From Candidatus Saccharimonadota bacterium (GTDB lineage: Bacteria > Pseudomonadota > Gammaproteobacteria > Enterobacterales > Enterobacteriaceae): a stretch of 32,000 nt of DNA. The position numbers and the translations under genes were made by a program. Each line of letters starts with the position of its first letter. Position 1 is the first letter of the stretch. Location: contig NC_014909.2 of the NCBI RefSeq assembly GCF_000185985.2, positions 480,001 through 512,000 of the forward strand, read 5' to 3'. This document shows positions 1 through 12,254 of the stretch, piece after piece. The notes beneath the pieces are model-generated. The model saw nothing but the letters and a program-made list of their open reading frames with translations. It was not told the DNA's origin and made no database searches.

Positions 1-776
1 ATTTAAGCCCCAATATCCCTGATTCAATTATCAAAATTAGTGAATCTGGGATCACTAATCACTATCACATAAAGAAACTAAAACGTTACGTTCATGGATT
101 TTTAATCGGAACAACTTTAATGTCATCTTCAAATTATTTAGATACAGCAATTAAAAAATTAGTATTAGGAGAAAATAAAATATGTGGACTTACTCGAATT
201 GAAGATGCAGAAGTTTCTTATGAATCAGGAGCTATATATGGAGGACTTATTTTTGTTAACTATTCCCCGCGTTTTATAAATATAAAAAATGCTCAAAAGA
301 TCATATCTGCAATACCAAATTTAAATTATGTTGGGGTTTTTCAAAACGATCTTATTCTAAATATTGTAAATATAGTAAGGATATTAAATTTATCCGCTAT
401 TCAATTGCACGGAACAGAAAATCAAAATTATATTGATAAATTACGCACTCAATTACCACATACCTGTCAAATATGGAAAAGTATTAATATGAATAATCAG
501 ACACCATATACATCTAACTTATTACATATTGATCGATATTTATTAGATAACAAACAAGGAGGAAGTGGAAAAACCTTTAATTGGGGAAAATTATCATTTA
601 CAAACATACCATTAAACAAATCAATTTTAGCAGGAGGTTTAACAATAAATAACTGCTCCAAAGCAGCAAAAATAGATTGCGTGGGTTTAGATTTTAATTC
701 AGGAATAGAAATTCAACCTGGCATTAAAAATCATCAATCAATTTTAAAAATATTTCAAATATTACGTATATATTAA
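1..776 (+). CDS. trpC: Bifunctional indole-3-glycerol-phosphate synthase / phosphoribosylanthranilate isomerase TrpC(F), 5'-truncated by the window edge (frame opens at base 3)
   Basis: Frame 3 is open from base 3 to the TAA at 774-776. The translation runs ...ISESGITNHYHIKKLKRYVHGFLIGTTLM..LGENKICGLTRIEDA..GAIYGGLIF..YVGVFQN..AIQLHG..LDNKQGGSGKTFNW..LAGGL..GLDFNSGIEIQPGIK. This is colinear with the end of the IGPS domain plus the whole PRAI domain of E. coli TrpC. trpB-trpA follow immediately. The ORF-track start at 120 is only an internal Met. Confidence 0.95.
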   Translation, partial: LSPNIPDSIIKISESGITNHYHIKKLKRYVHGFLIGTTLMSSSNYLDTAIKKLVLGENKICGLTRIEDAEVSYESGAIYGGLIFVNYSPRFINIKNAQKIISAIPNLNYVGVFQNDLILNIVNIVRILNLSAIQLHGTENQNYIDKLRTQLPHTCQIWKSINMNNQTPYTSNLLHIDRYLLDNKQGGSGKTFNWGKLSFTNIPLNKSILAGGLTINNCSKAAKIDCVGLDFNSGIEIQPGIKNHQSILKIFQILRIY

Positions 777-809
777 ATCAATTTTATAAAATAGGTATTA
801 AATATTAAT

Positions 810-2009
810 ATGATGCAAAAAAAATTAACTTCCTACTTCGGAGAATTTGGGGGTATGTATGTCCCTCAAATACTAATACCAACACTAATAGAATTAGAAA
901 AAGAATTTATATCCTCCCAAAATGATCCAGTTTTTCAGAAAGAACTCAAAGCATTATTAAAAAATTACGCGGGCCGACCTACTCCTCTAACTTTATGTAG
1001 AAATTTGACTCATGGAACACATAGTAAGCTATATTTAAAACGTGAAGATTTAGTTCATGGAGGATCTCATAAAACAAATCAAGTATTAGGACAAGCATTA
1101 TTAGCGAAACGCATGCATAAAACAGATATTATAGCTGAAACTGGAGCAGGTCAACATGGGGTTGCTGTTTCCATTGTTGCAGCTCTTTTAAAATTAAAAT
1201 GCCGAATTTACATGGGTCAAAAAGACATAAATCGACAAAAATCTAATGTGTTACGCATGAAACTTATGGGAAGCCAAGTTATTCCTGTATATCATGGTTC
1301 TGCTACATTAAAAGATGCATGCAATGAAGCAATGCGAGAATGGTCAAAAACTTATCAATATACTCATTATATGTTAGGAACGATTGCAGGCCCTCATCCA
1401 TTCCCTACAATTGTAAAAGAATTTCAACGCATCATTGGTATAGAAACATTCGAACAAATACAAAATTTTGAAAAAAGACTACCAGATTCTATTATTGCTT
1501 GTATAGGTGGAGGGTCCAATGCTATTGGAATATTTTCCAGTTTTCTTGACATTCCATCCGTTCAACTATTAGGAGTAGAAGCAGGGGGGTTAGGGTTAAA
1601 TACAGAATATCATGGAGCAGCTTTACAATGCGGAGATACAGGAATTTATTTTGGAATGAAAGCTCCTATTTTGCAAACCGAAGAAGGTCAAATAAAAAAC
1701 TCCTATTCTATTGCAGCAGGATTAGATTTTCCTTCCGTTGGACCAGAGCACGCTTATTTAAAAAAAATTAACAGAGTAAAGTATGTATCTGTATCAGATC
1801 AAGATGCAATATATGCATTCCAACAATTGTCTATTCATGAAGGCATAATTCCAGCTTTAGAATCAGCTCATGCACTAGCATATGCTTTAAAAATAATTAA
1901 CCAGAACCCAAATAAAAAACAAATTTTAATAGTGAATTTATCTGGTCGGGGAGACAAAGACATTATAACAGTTAACAATCAAATACATAACAAAGAGAAA
2001 TTAACATGA
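810..2009 (+). CDS. trpB: Tryptophan synthase beta subunit
   Basis: The N-terminus [14 protein letters not shown], the PLP-lysine context [22 protein letters not shown], and the GGGSNAIG and SGRGDKD motifs are colinear with E. coli TrpB. Tandem ATGs at 810/813 leave the start ambiguous by one codon. Confidence 0.97.
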   Translation: MMQKKLTSYFGEFGGMYVPQILIPTLIELEKEFISSQNDPVFQKELKALLKNYAGRPTPLTLCRNLTHGTHSKLYLKREDLVHGGSHKTNQVLGQALLAKRMHKTDIIAETGAGQHGVAVSIVAALLKLKCRIYMGQKDINRQKSNVLRMKLMGSQVIPVYHGSATLKDACNEAMREWSKTYQYTHYMLGTIAGPHPFPTIVKEFQRIIGIETFEQIQNFEKRLPDSIIACIGGGSNAIGIFSSFLDIPSVQLLGVEAGGLGLNTEYHGAALQCGDTGIYFGMKAPILQTEEGQIKNSYSIAAGLDFPSVGPEHAYLKKINRVKYVSVSDQDAIYAFQQLSIHEGIIPALESAHALAYALKIINQNPNKKQILIVNLSGRGDKDIITVNNQIHNKEKLT

Positions 2010-2824
2010 ATCGTTATCAAAAATTATTCACTAATTTACATCAGCAAAAACTTGGGGCTTTTGTCCCATTTATTACTGTTGGAGATCCTGACCCCGATTC
2101 TTTTATAAATATTATAGATACGTTAATAGAAGCTGGAGCTGATGCTTTAGAATTAGGAATACCATTTTCAGATCCTTTATCTGATGGTCCTGCAATACAA
2201 AAAAGCATGGAACGTGCTTTTAAATCTGGGATCAATTTTTTTCTTTGTCTAAAATTAATCAATGATATTAGATCTAAATATCCTCATTTACCCATTGGGT
2301 TATTAATTTATGCCAATTTAATTATGAAACATGGCATAAAGAACTTTTACTGTAATTGCTCAAAACTTAATATAGATTCTGTATTAATCCCAGACCTACC
2401 TATAGAAGAAAGTTCTCTATTTTATAAAACTGCTATGTACTATAAAATAGCTCATATCTTTATTTGCCCTCCTAATGCCAATTTTAATTTAATTAAACAA
2501 ATCACAAATCAAGGACAAGGATATATTTATCTATTATCTCGGCCAGGCATAACTGGTATTAATAATGATGAATTTAATATCACCGTATTAAATATGTTGA
2601 TTCAACATATAAAACAACAAAAACGAGTTCTACCAATATTACAAGGATTCGGGATACATACCCCAGACCAAGCCCACCAATCTTTACTATCAGGAACTTC
2701 TGGGGTTATTATAGGATCTGCAATTGCTAATATCATTGAAGATAATCTCTCTTCTAATCCTATTATATTATTAACACAATTAAAAAAATTAACTCATTTA
2801 ATAAAAATATCTATGAAACTATAA
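2006..2824 (+). CDS. trpA: Tryptophan synthase alpha subunit
   Basis: [12 protein letters not shown] and [30 protein letters not shown] are near-identical to E. coli TrpA. The ATGA start/stop overlap with trpB at 2006-2009 indicates translational coupling. Confidence 0.96.
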   Translation: MNRYQKLFTNLHQQKLGAFVPFITVGDPDPDSFINIIDTLIEAGADALELGIPFSDPLSDGPAIQKSMERAFKSGINFFLCLKLINDIRSKYPHLPIGLLIYANLIMKHGIKNFYCNCSKLNIDSVLIPDLPIEESSLFYKTAMYYKIAHIFICPPNANFNLIKQITNQGQGYIYLLSRPGITGINNDEFNITVLNMLIQHIKQQKRVLPILQGFGIHTPDQAHQSLLSGTSGVIIGSAIANIIEDNLSSNPIILLTQLKKLTHLIKISMKL

Positions 2825-3546
2825 AGACATTTAATTTTATATTATACATAACTCACATATTATATGTTAATACCGATCGATTCTTCCCCACGATGTCTCT
2901 CAACATGCTTTTCAATATATACTCCAAATCTATAATATATATTTCAATAAAAAAAACGGCTACATTTATAGATAATCAATAATGTCATAATGTTTATATT
3001 AAAAAATATATATATAAATTATAATTTGATAATATAGCGCAATTTCATACATGAAATTACTTTTTATAGTTGCTAACAACAAACAAAATTCATATCACAA
3101 ATAATAAATATATTTTATAATTACGTCCTTAGGTTTGTAACCAAACATTATTTAATATGCGATATTATCGCATTGTAATAGTTTATACATATCATTATAA
3201 TGTTTCCTCTAAATCTTATCAATTTATTTACATCACAAAATAATGATTATTATATTCCTACTCCTCATCCACAAAATAATTTTAGCAATACTTGTTGTGC
3301 TATCCACAAATTCTAATAATAAATTCTGTATTATTTTATTGATACAAATAAAACATCATATCAATAAATATTTTATTATAAACTACTGCATTTAAAAAAT
3401 ACAATCATAACTTTAAAATCAATAACATAACAACATAAATAATTAATTAAAATTATTTAATTTCTCAATACATAACCACCCCAATAATATAATTTAATTA
3501 TTTTTTAAACATATTCAAAATTGCAATATTATTAAACTTTTAATTA

Positions 3547-4287
3547 TTAAGCTGAATTTAATAAAAATTTAAAAGTAAGAACTAAATCTTTTTTTGGTTT
3601 TTGAATTTTGTATACCCAACGAGCCATGGCAAATTTAATATTTTTTTCAAACACTCCAGGAGAAGTAGCAGATAATATACGTATTTTTCTAACTTTTCCT
3701 TTAGCATCAATATTATACATAACTGTTACATGTCCTTCTATTTTTAATGATTTTGCATTCTGAGGATACTCAGGATATACATATAGGATAGGAAATAAAT
3801 CAGATGATGTAGATAAAATTACTCTATTATCAATAATATTATTAGTTGAATTGTCAATATCGGTGGTTTTAACGCCATAATTATTATCACATGCCTCAAC
3901 ATCATTTTTTCTATCTAAATAAACATTATTTTTAATATTAACCATAATATTCTCAGAATTGTTTGGTGTTTGATTTTCTAAAAAAGATAATACTTTAGAT
4001 TCTAAACGTTGAGAAGAAACAGGAAGGGGTTTTGATGATTTCAATAATTTTCTATGGTTCGGTAACATTTTGCTTGGCTTTACATCTTTAGAAGATGATA
4101 ATATTGTTATCATATAAGGATATTTTTTTTTACAAAAAGTAACATGTTTTCCTGTTTCATAATATATATTATGAAACATAAACAAGATTATTATAAAAAA
4201 CACATGCAAACTACACGATAATATAATAGAAAAAAATACAGAAGTAATTAATTTCAAGAAAATCACCTTACTTATCGTGTTAAACAA
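3547..4287 (-). CDS. tonB: TonB-like energy transducer (divergent; central proline-rich spacer replaced by N/S/K-rich sequence)
   Basis: The C-terminal domain YPEYPQNAKSLKIEGHVTVMYNIDAKGKVRKIRILSATSPGVFEKNIKFAMARWVY is colinear with E. coli TonB [43 protein letters not shown]. The N-terminal TM helix carries the S-x-x-x-H motif (LSCSLH versus E. coli LSVCIH). The only start that includes the TM helix is TTG at 4285-4287, immediately after an in-frame stop, and it has no convincing SD. Confidence 0.8.
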   Translation of the reverse strand: MFNTISKVIFLKLITSVFFSIILSCSLHVFFIIILFMFHNIYYETGKHVTFCKKKYPYMITILSSSKDVKPSKMLPNHRKLLKSSKPLPVSSQRLESKVLSFLENQTPNNSENIMVNIKNNVYLDRKNDVEACDNNYGVKTTDIDNSTNNIIDNRVILSTSSDLFPILYVYPEYPQNAKSLKIEGHVTVMYNIDAKGKVRKIRILSATSPGVFEKNIKFAMARWVYKIQKPKKDLVLTFKFLLNSA

Positions 4288-4510
4288 ATTTTATTATTAA
4301 AAAATTAATTTCATGATATGTATTTTAATTTTTAATAAAAATATATAAATATTGATAATATCAAATACAATTAGGTGAATTTTATCAAAATTACTTAAGG
4401 ATTTGAAATACAATACTAATAATTTTAATAAACATATGCCTAAATAAAAAAAATTCATACATAAAACTACACTAATATATAATTCAGTAATAATAAAAAT
4501 TAATTATTAT

Positions 4511-6019
4511 ATGGAATTAACAAATAAATATGTAATTTTAATTATTTATAATATTTTCAATTATAGCGTAATATGCGGATATTGGGGGCTAACTATCCTA
4601 GTCACTATTCGAGTGTTATTAAAACGTCGAACTGTCCCGTCTTTTATGGCCTGGTTATTAATGATCTACACCTTACCTTTAATTGGGATTATCACATACT
4701 TATTATTCGGAGAACCGAATCTTGGTAAAAAACGATTAACTAAAAGTAAAATAGTATGGTCGTCTAGTATTTTTCACATAAACAAACTCAAAAATTATTA
4801 TAAAAATATATTTCCTAAACAAAAAAGCGATATTGCTTCTTCTGTATTCACATTATGTAAACATCGGCAAGGTATAGGAGCTTTACAAGGAAATCAAATA
4901 CAATTATTTAACAAAATTGACGATACTTTAATATCTTTAATCCAAGATATTGAATTAGCTCAACACAGGATCGATATGATATTTTATATTTGGGAGCCCG
5001 GTGGACTAGTAGATTATATTTCCAAAAAATTAATTATAGCTGCACAAAGAGGGGTAAAATGTCGTTTAATCTTAGATTCTGTTGGATGTATAAACTTTTT
5101 CAACAGCTCATATCCTAAAATATTACAACAAGCCGGAATAAATATCGTAAAGGCATTACACATAAGTTTATTACACATATTTTTACGTCGAATGGATTTA
5201 AGACAACATCGAAAAATGATATTAATAGATAGTCATATTGCTTATACAGGCAGCATGAACATGGTAGATCCTAATTTATTTAAAAAACATATTGGTATTG
5301 GAGAATGGATCGATATCATGCTCCGAATAGATGGACCAGTAACTTCAGCGATGGGAATAATTTTTGCATTTGACTGGGAAATGGAAACAGGAGAGCATAT
5401 CATGCCACTTCTATTAAATACACCTTACTTAACAACAAAAAAAAACCTCATCCCTAAATCAACAAAAAACCAACATACTATTCAAATTATTCCTTCTGGC
5501 CCAGGATTTCCAGAAGGAATAATTCATCAAGTTTTAATTACTTTATTATACAAAGCACAAAAACAATTAATTATCACAACGCCATACTTAATACCGAGTG
5601 ATGATTTATTATATGCTCTCTGTTCGGCCGCTCAAAGAGGAGTAAAGGTCCATATTATTATTCCACAAAATAACGACTCTATATTAGTAAACTGGGCCAG
5701 CCGGGCCTTTTTTAGTGAATTATTAGATGCCGGAGTTTTCATTCATCAATTTCAAACAGGATTGTTGCATGTAAAAAGTATATCAATTGATCAAAAAATT
5801 AGTTTAATAGGAACTGTAAATCTAGACATACGCAGCTTATGGTTAAACTTTGAAATTACCTTATTAATTGACAGTAAATCTTTCAGTAATGATTTAAATA
5901 AAATACAACAAGATTACATCGCTCATTCAAAACTAATTGACCCAAAAGTATGGGCTAATCGGCCATATTGGAAACAAATTGTTGAACGATTATTTTATCT
6001 ATTAAGCCCACTACTATAA
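4511..6019 (+). CDS. clsA: Cardiolipin synthase A
   Basis: The N-terminus [35 protein letters not shown] matches E. coli ClsA. There are two HKD phospholipase-D motifs: [18 protein letters not shown] and [18 protein letters not shown]. Confidence 0.95.
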   Translation: MELTNKYVILIIYNIFNYSVICGYWGLTILVTIRVLLKRRTVPSFMAWLLMIYTLPLIGIITYLLFGEPNLGKKRLTKSKIVWSSSIFHINKLKNYYKNIFPKQKSDIASSVFTLCKHRQGIGALQGNQIQLFNKIDDTLISLIQDIELAQHRIDMIFYIWEPGGLVDYISKKLIIAAQRGVKCRLILDSVGCINFFNSSYPKILQQAGINIVKALHISLLHIFLRRMDLRQHRKMILIDSHIAYTGSMNMVDPNLFKKHIGIGEWIDIMLRIDGPVTSAMGIIFAFDWEMETGEHIMPLLLNTPYLTTKKNLIPKSTKNQHTIQIIPSGPGFPEGIIHQVLITLLYKAQKQLIITTPYLIPSDDLLYALCSAAQRGVKVHIIIPQNNDSILVNWASRAFFSELLDAGVFIHQFQTGLLHVKSISIDQKISLIGTVNLDIRSLWLNFEITLLIDSKSFSNDLNKIQQDYIAHSKLIDPKVWANRPYWKQIVERLFYLLSPLL

Positions 6020-6296
6020 TTTAAACTATTCAAAAAACTTAATTAATAATTGAAATACCATTCACTCATACGTCGCCAATATTTTTAATAAAAACTTTAT
6101 TATTTAATTGATAAATATATATCATTTATATATATGTCATAATATGCAAAAATCCTTGTATACATTTTATCGAAATAATTTTAAAAAATATATAACAAGA
6201 ATTTTATACTATAACTATTCTACATCAAGCAAAAATATAATTTACACTATACTATCAAATACAATTCAATGCTTTTATTTACAATTTATTTAATTT

Positions 6297-6902
6297 TTAT
6301 TTTAATTGCAGCACAGGTAACGTTGACTGAAATTTTTCAGAAAAATGTTTACGACATACCGAAATATAATGTTTATTACTCCCAATCATTATTTGGTTTC
6401 CCTCTTTGATTACTACTCCTTGGTTATCTACTCTTAAAACTCTATTAGCTTGACGCCCACAATAACAGACAGTTTTTAATTCAATTAATTTATCTGCCCA
6501 CGCTAATAACCATAAACTTCCAGAAAATAATTCAGAACGAAAATCTGTCCGTAACCCATAACATAACACTGGTATATTTAAAATATCTACCACTTCAGTT
6601 AAATTAAGCACTTGATTACGACTAAGAAAATGGCATTCATCAACTAAAACACAATGTATTATCTTTTTATGAAGTATCGCTGATATTTGCTCAAATAAAT
6701 TTGTATTATCACTAATAATTTTAGCATAAGCAGTTAAGCCAACTCGAGACTGAATGCTTTTATAAGCAATTTTTTCAGATCCCGATTGAGCTGTATACAA
6801 TAAAGTATGCATTCCACGTTCTTGATAATTATACGAAGATTGCAATAACGCAGTAGTTTTACCTGCATTCATCGCAGAATAATAAAAATATAATTTTGCC
6901 AT
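6297..6902 (-). CDS. tdk: Thymidine kinase
   Basis: [31 protein letters not shown] is almost identical to the E. coli Tdk N-terminus, including the P-loop. C-terminal Cys pairs are present (CYCGRQAN...CRKH). Confidence 0.97.
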   Translation of the reverse strand: MAKLYFYYSAMNAGKTTALLQSSYNYQERGMHTLLYTAQSGSEKIAYKSIQSRVGLTAYAKIISDNTNLFEQISAILHKKIIHCVLVDECHFLSRNQVLNLTEVVDILNIPVLCYGLRTDFRSELFSGSLWLLAWADKLIELKTVCYCGRQANRVLRVDNQGVVIKEGNQIMIGSNKHYISVCRKHFSEKFQSTLPVLQLK

Positions 6903-8187
6903 ATATCGTTACCCCAATTAAAAATTTTAATTTTTATTACACAAGCGTATATAATTTTCTTATATAAAAAATAATACATAATTAATTAATAAATTAGTAT
7001 AAAAATACATAACATCTAAAATACACAACCTATTTCGGAATAATAAAATTTCAGTAAAAATATAACTACCATTTCATTTATTAATACATAAAATAAGTAA
7101 GTATTATTAATGCATATGTAATATATTTAAATAACAAAATTCACTAACAATAAAATTGTTGTATACCTAACATTATTTGTATCAATATTGACTGATAACA
7201 ATATTGAACAATAATTTAAATAACAAAATTTTATTAATTTTTAATAACGTAAATATTTTAAAAACACAAACTAAATAATATATTCTAAATCCTAAAAAAG
7301 ATATGGGAAAAATTAAAATTAGTACTAATGATTGATAATAAAAATATAATCAAATTTGAATGGAAACCAAAAAATAAAATTAACAATACAACAATATCTA
7401 AATATTAATTAATAACTGATAAAATAAACCTAAATAAATTATTGAAGAAATAAACGCTATACACACATCATAACACAACATAAATATACAATTTGGCTAA
7501 AAAATATACACTAATACAACAGTACAATAAAAAAGCAAAATTAAATCTAAATTGCATAAAAACATTTAATTGGTCATTCATTATAAATAATTATTGCTTT
7601 ATTATAGATAAAAAAATCTAAAAAATTTTCTATTAACACTCATAATCAATTTATATGACAAAATTAAAAATTACAATCTAAATAAATAACACAACATACC
7701 AATGATAATTATAGAAACTAAATTTTCTTTATTGTATTTTTTAAAAAATTTTAAAAATCTTTACCATAATAACAAGCACAGTGGATTAAATTTCATCAAT
7801 AAAATAATTAATATAAAATACTAGACTTATATATTTACTCATACAAACCAATTTTGTTAATAATAATATTAAATAATATTCGAACAATTTCAATAACATA
7901 AATTATAAATTTATTTATCTCAAACACAAAATATACTGATTATTACGATAAAATAAAGAAAATTTTTACACATTTTATTACATTAACTAAAATAATTCGT
8001 GTATACTATTAAATATATGCATAAATAGTTCATATTAGATTTGCTCAAATTATAGACTTTGTTTACTTTTATTCTTATAACGATACATACACATCTTATT
8101 AATGCAACATTATTATTAAATATTTACTTAGTAACACAAAAACATATAAATTAACAAACAAATATAAAAATATAAATTTTAATACAT

Positions 8188-9012
8188 ATGCGATTCGTTT
8201 CTTTTAACATTAATGGATTGAGAGCTCGAACACATCAACTTGATCAACTTATAAATAAACTACAACCTGATGTTCTTGGATTACAAGAAACTAAAGTTCA
8301 TAATGATTTATTTCCTATAAAAAAAATAAAAAAATATGGTTATCACGTATACTATGATGGCCAAAAACAATATCATGGAGTAGCATTATTCCTAAAAAAA
8401 TTACCATTAATTGTAACTCGAGGATTTCCGTTGAATCCCTGTCCATACCAAAAAAGAATAATTACAGCTCAAATTACAACATCGATAGGATCTCTAACAG
8501 TAATAAATGGATACTTTCCACAGGGCGAAAACAATCAATCTGAAAAATTTATCTATAAAAAACAGTTTTATCAAAATTTAAAAAATTATATACAAAATAA
8601 CTACAGTAATGAGTCATTATTGTTAATAATGGGAGATATGAATATAAGTCCTACTGATTTAGATGTTGGTATTGGCAAAAAAAATACAGACCGATGGATA
8701 AAAATGGGTAAATGCGCTTTTCTTCCAGAAGAAAGACAATGGATAACCGATTTAATGAACTGGGGTTTAATAGATATTTATCGATCTAAATATCCATACC
8801 AAAACAACCGTTATTCTTGGTTTAGCTATCAATCTAATGGATTTAAAAACAACAGAGGTTTACGTATTGATTTAGTATTAGTAACTCAACCATTAGCTCA
8901 TTTATGTACATGTAGTGGCATTAATTACGACATTCGTAATATGACCCACCCTTCTGATCATGCTCCAATATGGGTAGACCTTGACATTGAATATGATGTT
9001 TCTACTAAATGA
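8188..9012 (+). CDS. xthA: Exodeoxyribonuclease III
   Basis: MRFVSFNINGLRARTHQL...QPDVLGLQETKVHNDLFP is near-identical to the E. coli XthA N-terminus. The C-terminal SDHAPIW catalytic motif is present. Confidence 0.96.
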   Translation: MRFVSFNINGLRARTHQLDQLINKLQPDVLGLQETKVHNDLFPIKKIKKYGYHVYYDGQKQYHGVALFLKKLPLIVTRGFPLNPCPYQKRIITAQITTSIGSLTVINGYFPQGENNQSEKFIYKKQFYQNLKNYIQNNYSNESLLLIMGDMNISPTDLDVGIGKKNTDRWIKMGKCAFLPEERQWITDLMNWGLIDIYRSKYPYQNNRYSWFSYQSNGFKNNRGLRIDLVLVTQPLAHLCTCSGINYDIRNMTHPSDHAPIWVDLDIEYDVSTK

Positions 9013-9111
9013 AATAAATAAAACAAATAAAAATAATATTTATCTATACAATATCGATTGTTGTACTTACAATAATTATTATTTAATTAAATTATTATAA
9101 TTGGGGTAATT

Positions 9112-10971
9112 ATGAAAATTGCATGGAACCTTATCTGCAAAATATTTAAATCTGGTATAAATGTATTAAACATAATACGAATAACCATATTAAATATACT
9201 TTTGTTAATTTTCATAATTATAGGAATAAGTATATATTTTCATATAAAAAACACCAAAAACACTACATCCCCTTCTGCTTTAATATTAAATTTAACTGGA
9301 ATCATTGTCGATAAACCAACAACATATACAAAATTTCAAAAATTTAGTAAACAACTATTCAACATAAATCAATCTCACATACAAGAAAATTCATTGTTTG
9401 AAATCATACATATTTTAAGACAAGCAAAAAATGATACAAATATTACAGGATTAATTTTATTATTAAAAAATTTTTCGGGGGGTAGTCAATCATCATTAGA
9501 ATATATTGGCAAAGCATTATATGAATTTAAAAACACTGGTAAACCTATTTACGCTATTTCTGATCACTACGATCAAATTCAGTATCTTCTTGCTAGTTAC
9601 GCAAACAAAATTTATATTACACCACAGGGTGAAGTAAATTTACGAGGAATTTCGACTCATAAACTATATTATCAATCATTATTAAAAAACTTAAAAATCA
9701 ATACACATGTTTTTCGAGTTGGTTCTTATAAATCAGCTATTGAACCATTTACTCGAGATAATATGTCCCCTCAAGTACGCGATGAAGAAAATATATGGAT
9801 ACATCAACTATGGGATCAATATCTAAAAATCATTTCTCTAAATCGAAATATAACAACACAACAAATTTTTCCAGGAATAAATAAAATTATAGATGAATTA
9901 TATGAAATGCAAGGAGATACAGCCTATTACGCATTACAAAAAAAGTGGGTAGATGAAATTTCATCTTACTCTGACATTGAAAACACAATGAAAAAAACAT
10001 TTGGAACAAACAAAAATAATACTTCATTCAATTCAATCAGTATATATGACTACAATCTTAAACCCCCTATTACAAAAAATAATAATAATCAAATAGCAAT
10101 AATTTGCATTCAAGGAACTATTATACACGGGAACAATGATATAGCTGGTTCAACAGGAGGAGACACAATAGTTAGAAAAATTCGTAATGCACGATTTAAT
10201 CCTAAAATAAAAGCAATAATTTTAAGAGTAAACAGTCCCGGCGGGAGTGTGCACGCATCGGAATTAATTAGACAAGAAATAATAGCTACTAGAAACTCTG
10301 GAAAACCAATTATTGTTTCCATGGGAAATATAGCAGCATCCGGAGGATACTGGATTTCAACTCCAGCTAACTTCATTATTGCAAGTAATAGTACTCTTAC
10401 TGGATCTATAGGTGTATTTGGTATTATTAATACATTTGAAGATTCTCTCGATACTATCGGAGTTCATAGTGACGAAGTAAATACTTCCCCTGTAGCAAAT
10501 CTTTCTATTGCTAAAGCCTTACCTAATGAATTTAAAAACATGATGCAATTATATGTTAACACAAGTTATCAATACTTCATAAAAACTGTAGCTAAATTCC
10601 GTTGCAAAACAATAACCGATATAGATCGCGTAGCTCAAGGACATATATGGCTCGGATATGATGCAATTAAAAATGGTTTAATAGATAAAATTGGGGATTT
10701 TGACGATGCAATCAATAAAGCAGCAGAGTTAGCTCATTTAACAGAATATCAATTAAATTGGCACGAAGATAAAATAAATTGGATAAATATCATAATACAA
10801 CAAACAAATAAAATTGTTTTTTATGCAATCACAAATTTATTAAATCATTATATTGTCCTTAATAATCTTGAAAAATTTATTAAAATCCATTACACTGCAG
10901 ATAATCATTTTACATGGAACGATCCAAAAAACTGTTATGCTATTTGCTGTAATTATGTAAGTTATCACTAA
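9112..10971 (+). CDS. sppA: Signal peptide peptidase SppA (protease IV), 67K type
   Basis: The length (619 aa) matches E. coli SppA. There is an N-terminal TM helix. The catalytic contexts RVGSYKSAIEPF (Lys) and NIAASGGYWIS (Ser) are present, as is the C-terminal WNDPKNCYAICCNY. A GGGGT SD lies at 9103-9107. Confidence 0.93.
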   Translation: MKIAWNLICKIFKSGINVLNIIRITILNILLLIFIIIGISIYFHIKNTKNTTSPSALILNLTGIIVDKPTTYTKFQKFSKQLFNINQSHIQENSLFEIIHILRQAKNDTNITGLILLLKNFSGGSQSSLEYIGKALYEFKNTGKPIYAISDHYDQIQYLLASYANKIYITPQGEVNLRGISTHKLYYQSLLKNLKINTHVFRVGSYKSAIEPFTRDNMSPQVRDEENIWIHQLWDQYLKIISLNRNITTQQIFPGINKIIDELYEMQGDTAYYALQKKWVDEISSYSDIENTMKKTFGTNKNNTSFNSISIYDYNLKPPITKNNNNQIAIICIQGTIIHGNNDIAGSTGGDTIVRKIRNARFNPKIKAIILRVNSPGGSVHASELIRQEIIATRNSGKPIIVSMGNIAASGGYWISTPANFIIASNSTLTGSIGVFGIINTFEDSLDTIGVHSDEVNTSPVANLSIAKALPNEFKNMMQLYVNTSYQYFIKTVAKFRCKTITDIDRVAQGHIWLGYDAIKNGLIDKIGDFDDAINKAAELAHLTEYQLNWHEDKINWINIIIQQTNKIVFYAITNLLNHYIVLNNLEKFIKIHYTADNHFTWNDPKNCYAICCNYVSYH

Positions 10972-11195
10972 ACTATTATATACTGTAATACAGTCATATC
11001 TATAAAAAATAAATATGATTGTATAGATAAGAAAACACAAATTTTTTCTATTCTTAAAATTATTATAAAGAATAATGAACTAATATCATGCATGATAATT
11101 TAATTTATACCAAACATAACAATATGTGCAATAATCTTAAAACTTGATAATTAAGAAACATATTGGTATTTAAAATTAAATATAAAAATTAAAAA

Positions 11196-11200
11196 AGGAG
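11196..11200 (+). promoter_or_regulatory. Shine-Dalgarno (AGGAG) for gapA
   Basis: AGGAG lies 11 nt upstream of the gapA ATG at 11212. It is one of the few strong SD matches in the window. Confidence 0.55.
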
Positions 11201-11205
11201 TATGA

Positions 11206-12222
<1,017 letters not shown>

Positions 12223-12254
12223 TAAATAGGTTATTGGTGAATAACATCCCCCTC

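Noticed and set aside
2893-2985. A 30-codon ATG ORF (MSLNMLFNIYSKSIIYISIKKTATFIDNQ) in the slightly GC-richer patch after trpA.
   Set aside because: It has no SD and no recognisable similarity to anything I know. Its length is within chance expectation. It might be a pseudogene fragment, but that is unsupported.
3040-3175. Small palindromes and hairpins in the trpA-tonB spacer: AATTTCAT-ac-ATGAAATT near 3041-3058, and GCGATA-t-TATCGC near 3159-3171.
   Set aside because: The loops of 1-2 nt are too small for RNA hairpins, the stems are short, and neither is positioned at a gene end. I treated them as chance.
4352-4364. A TTGATAATATCAA palindrome in the tonB/cls divergent promoter, considered as a Fur box because tonB is Fur-regulated in E. 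coli.
   Set aside because: Only about 11 of 19 positions match the GATAATGATAATCATTATC consensus when aligned. GATAAT-like words are expected by chance in sequence this AT-rich, and I cannot tell whether fur exists in this genome.
6108-6293. A 61-aa ORF in the cls-tdk spacer.
   Set aside because: The peptide is AT-driven and rich in Ile, Tyr and Asn. It has no SD and no recognisable motif, and it ends exactly against the tdk 3' end. It is most likely chance.
7125-7230. A 17-nt direct repeat, ATTTAAATAACAAAATT, at 7125-7141 and 7214-7230. Two copies of the 8-bp palindrome CAATATTG lie between them, at 7183-7190 and 7198-7205.
   Set aside because: These are low-complexity AT words. Given all pairwise comparisons possible within about 6.7 kb of similarly biased spacer, one 17-mer coincidence is not significant. 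There is no array-like periodicity or further copies.
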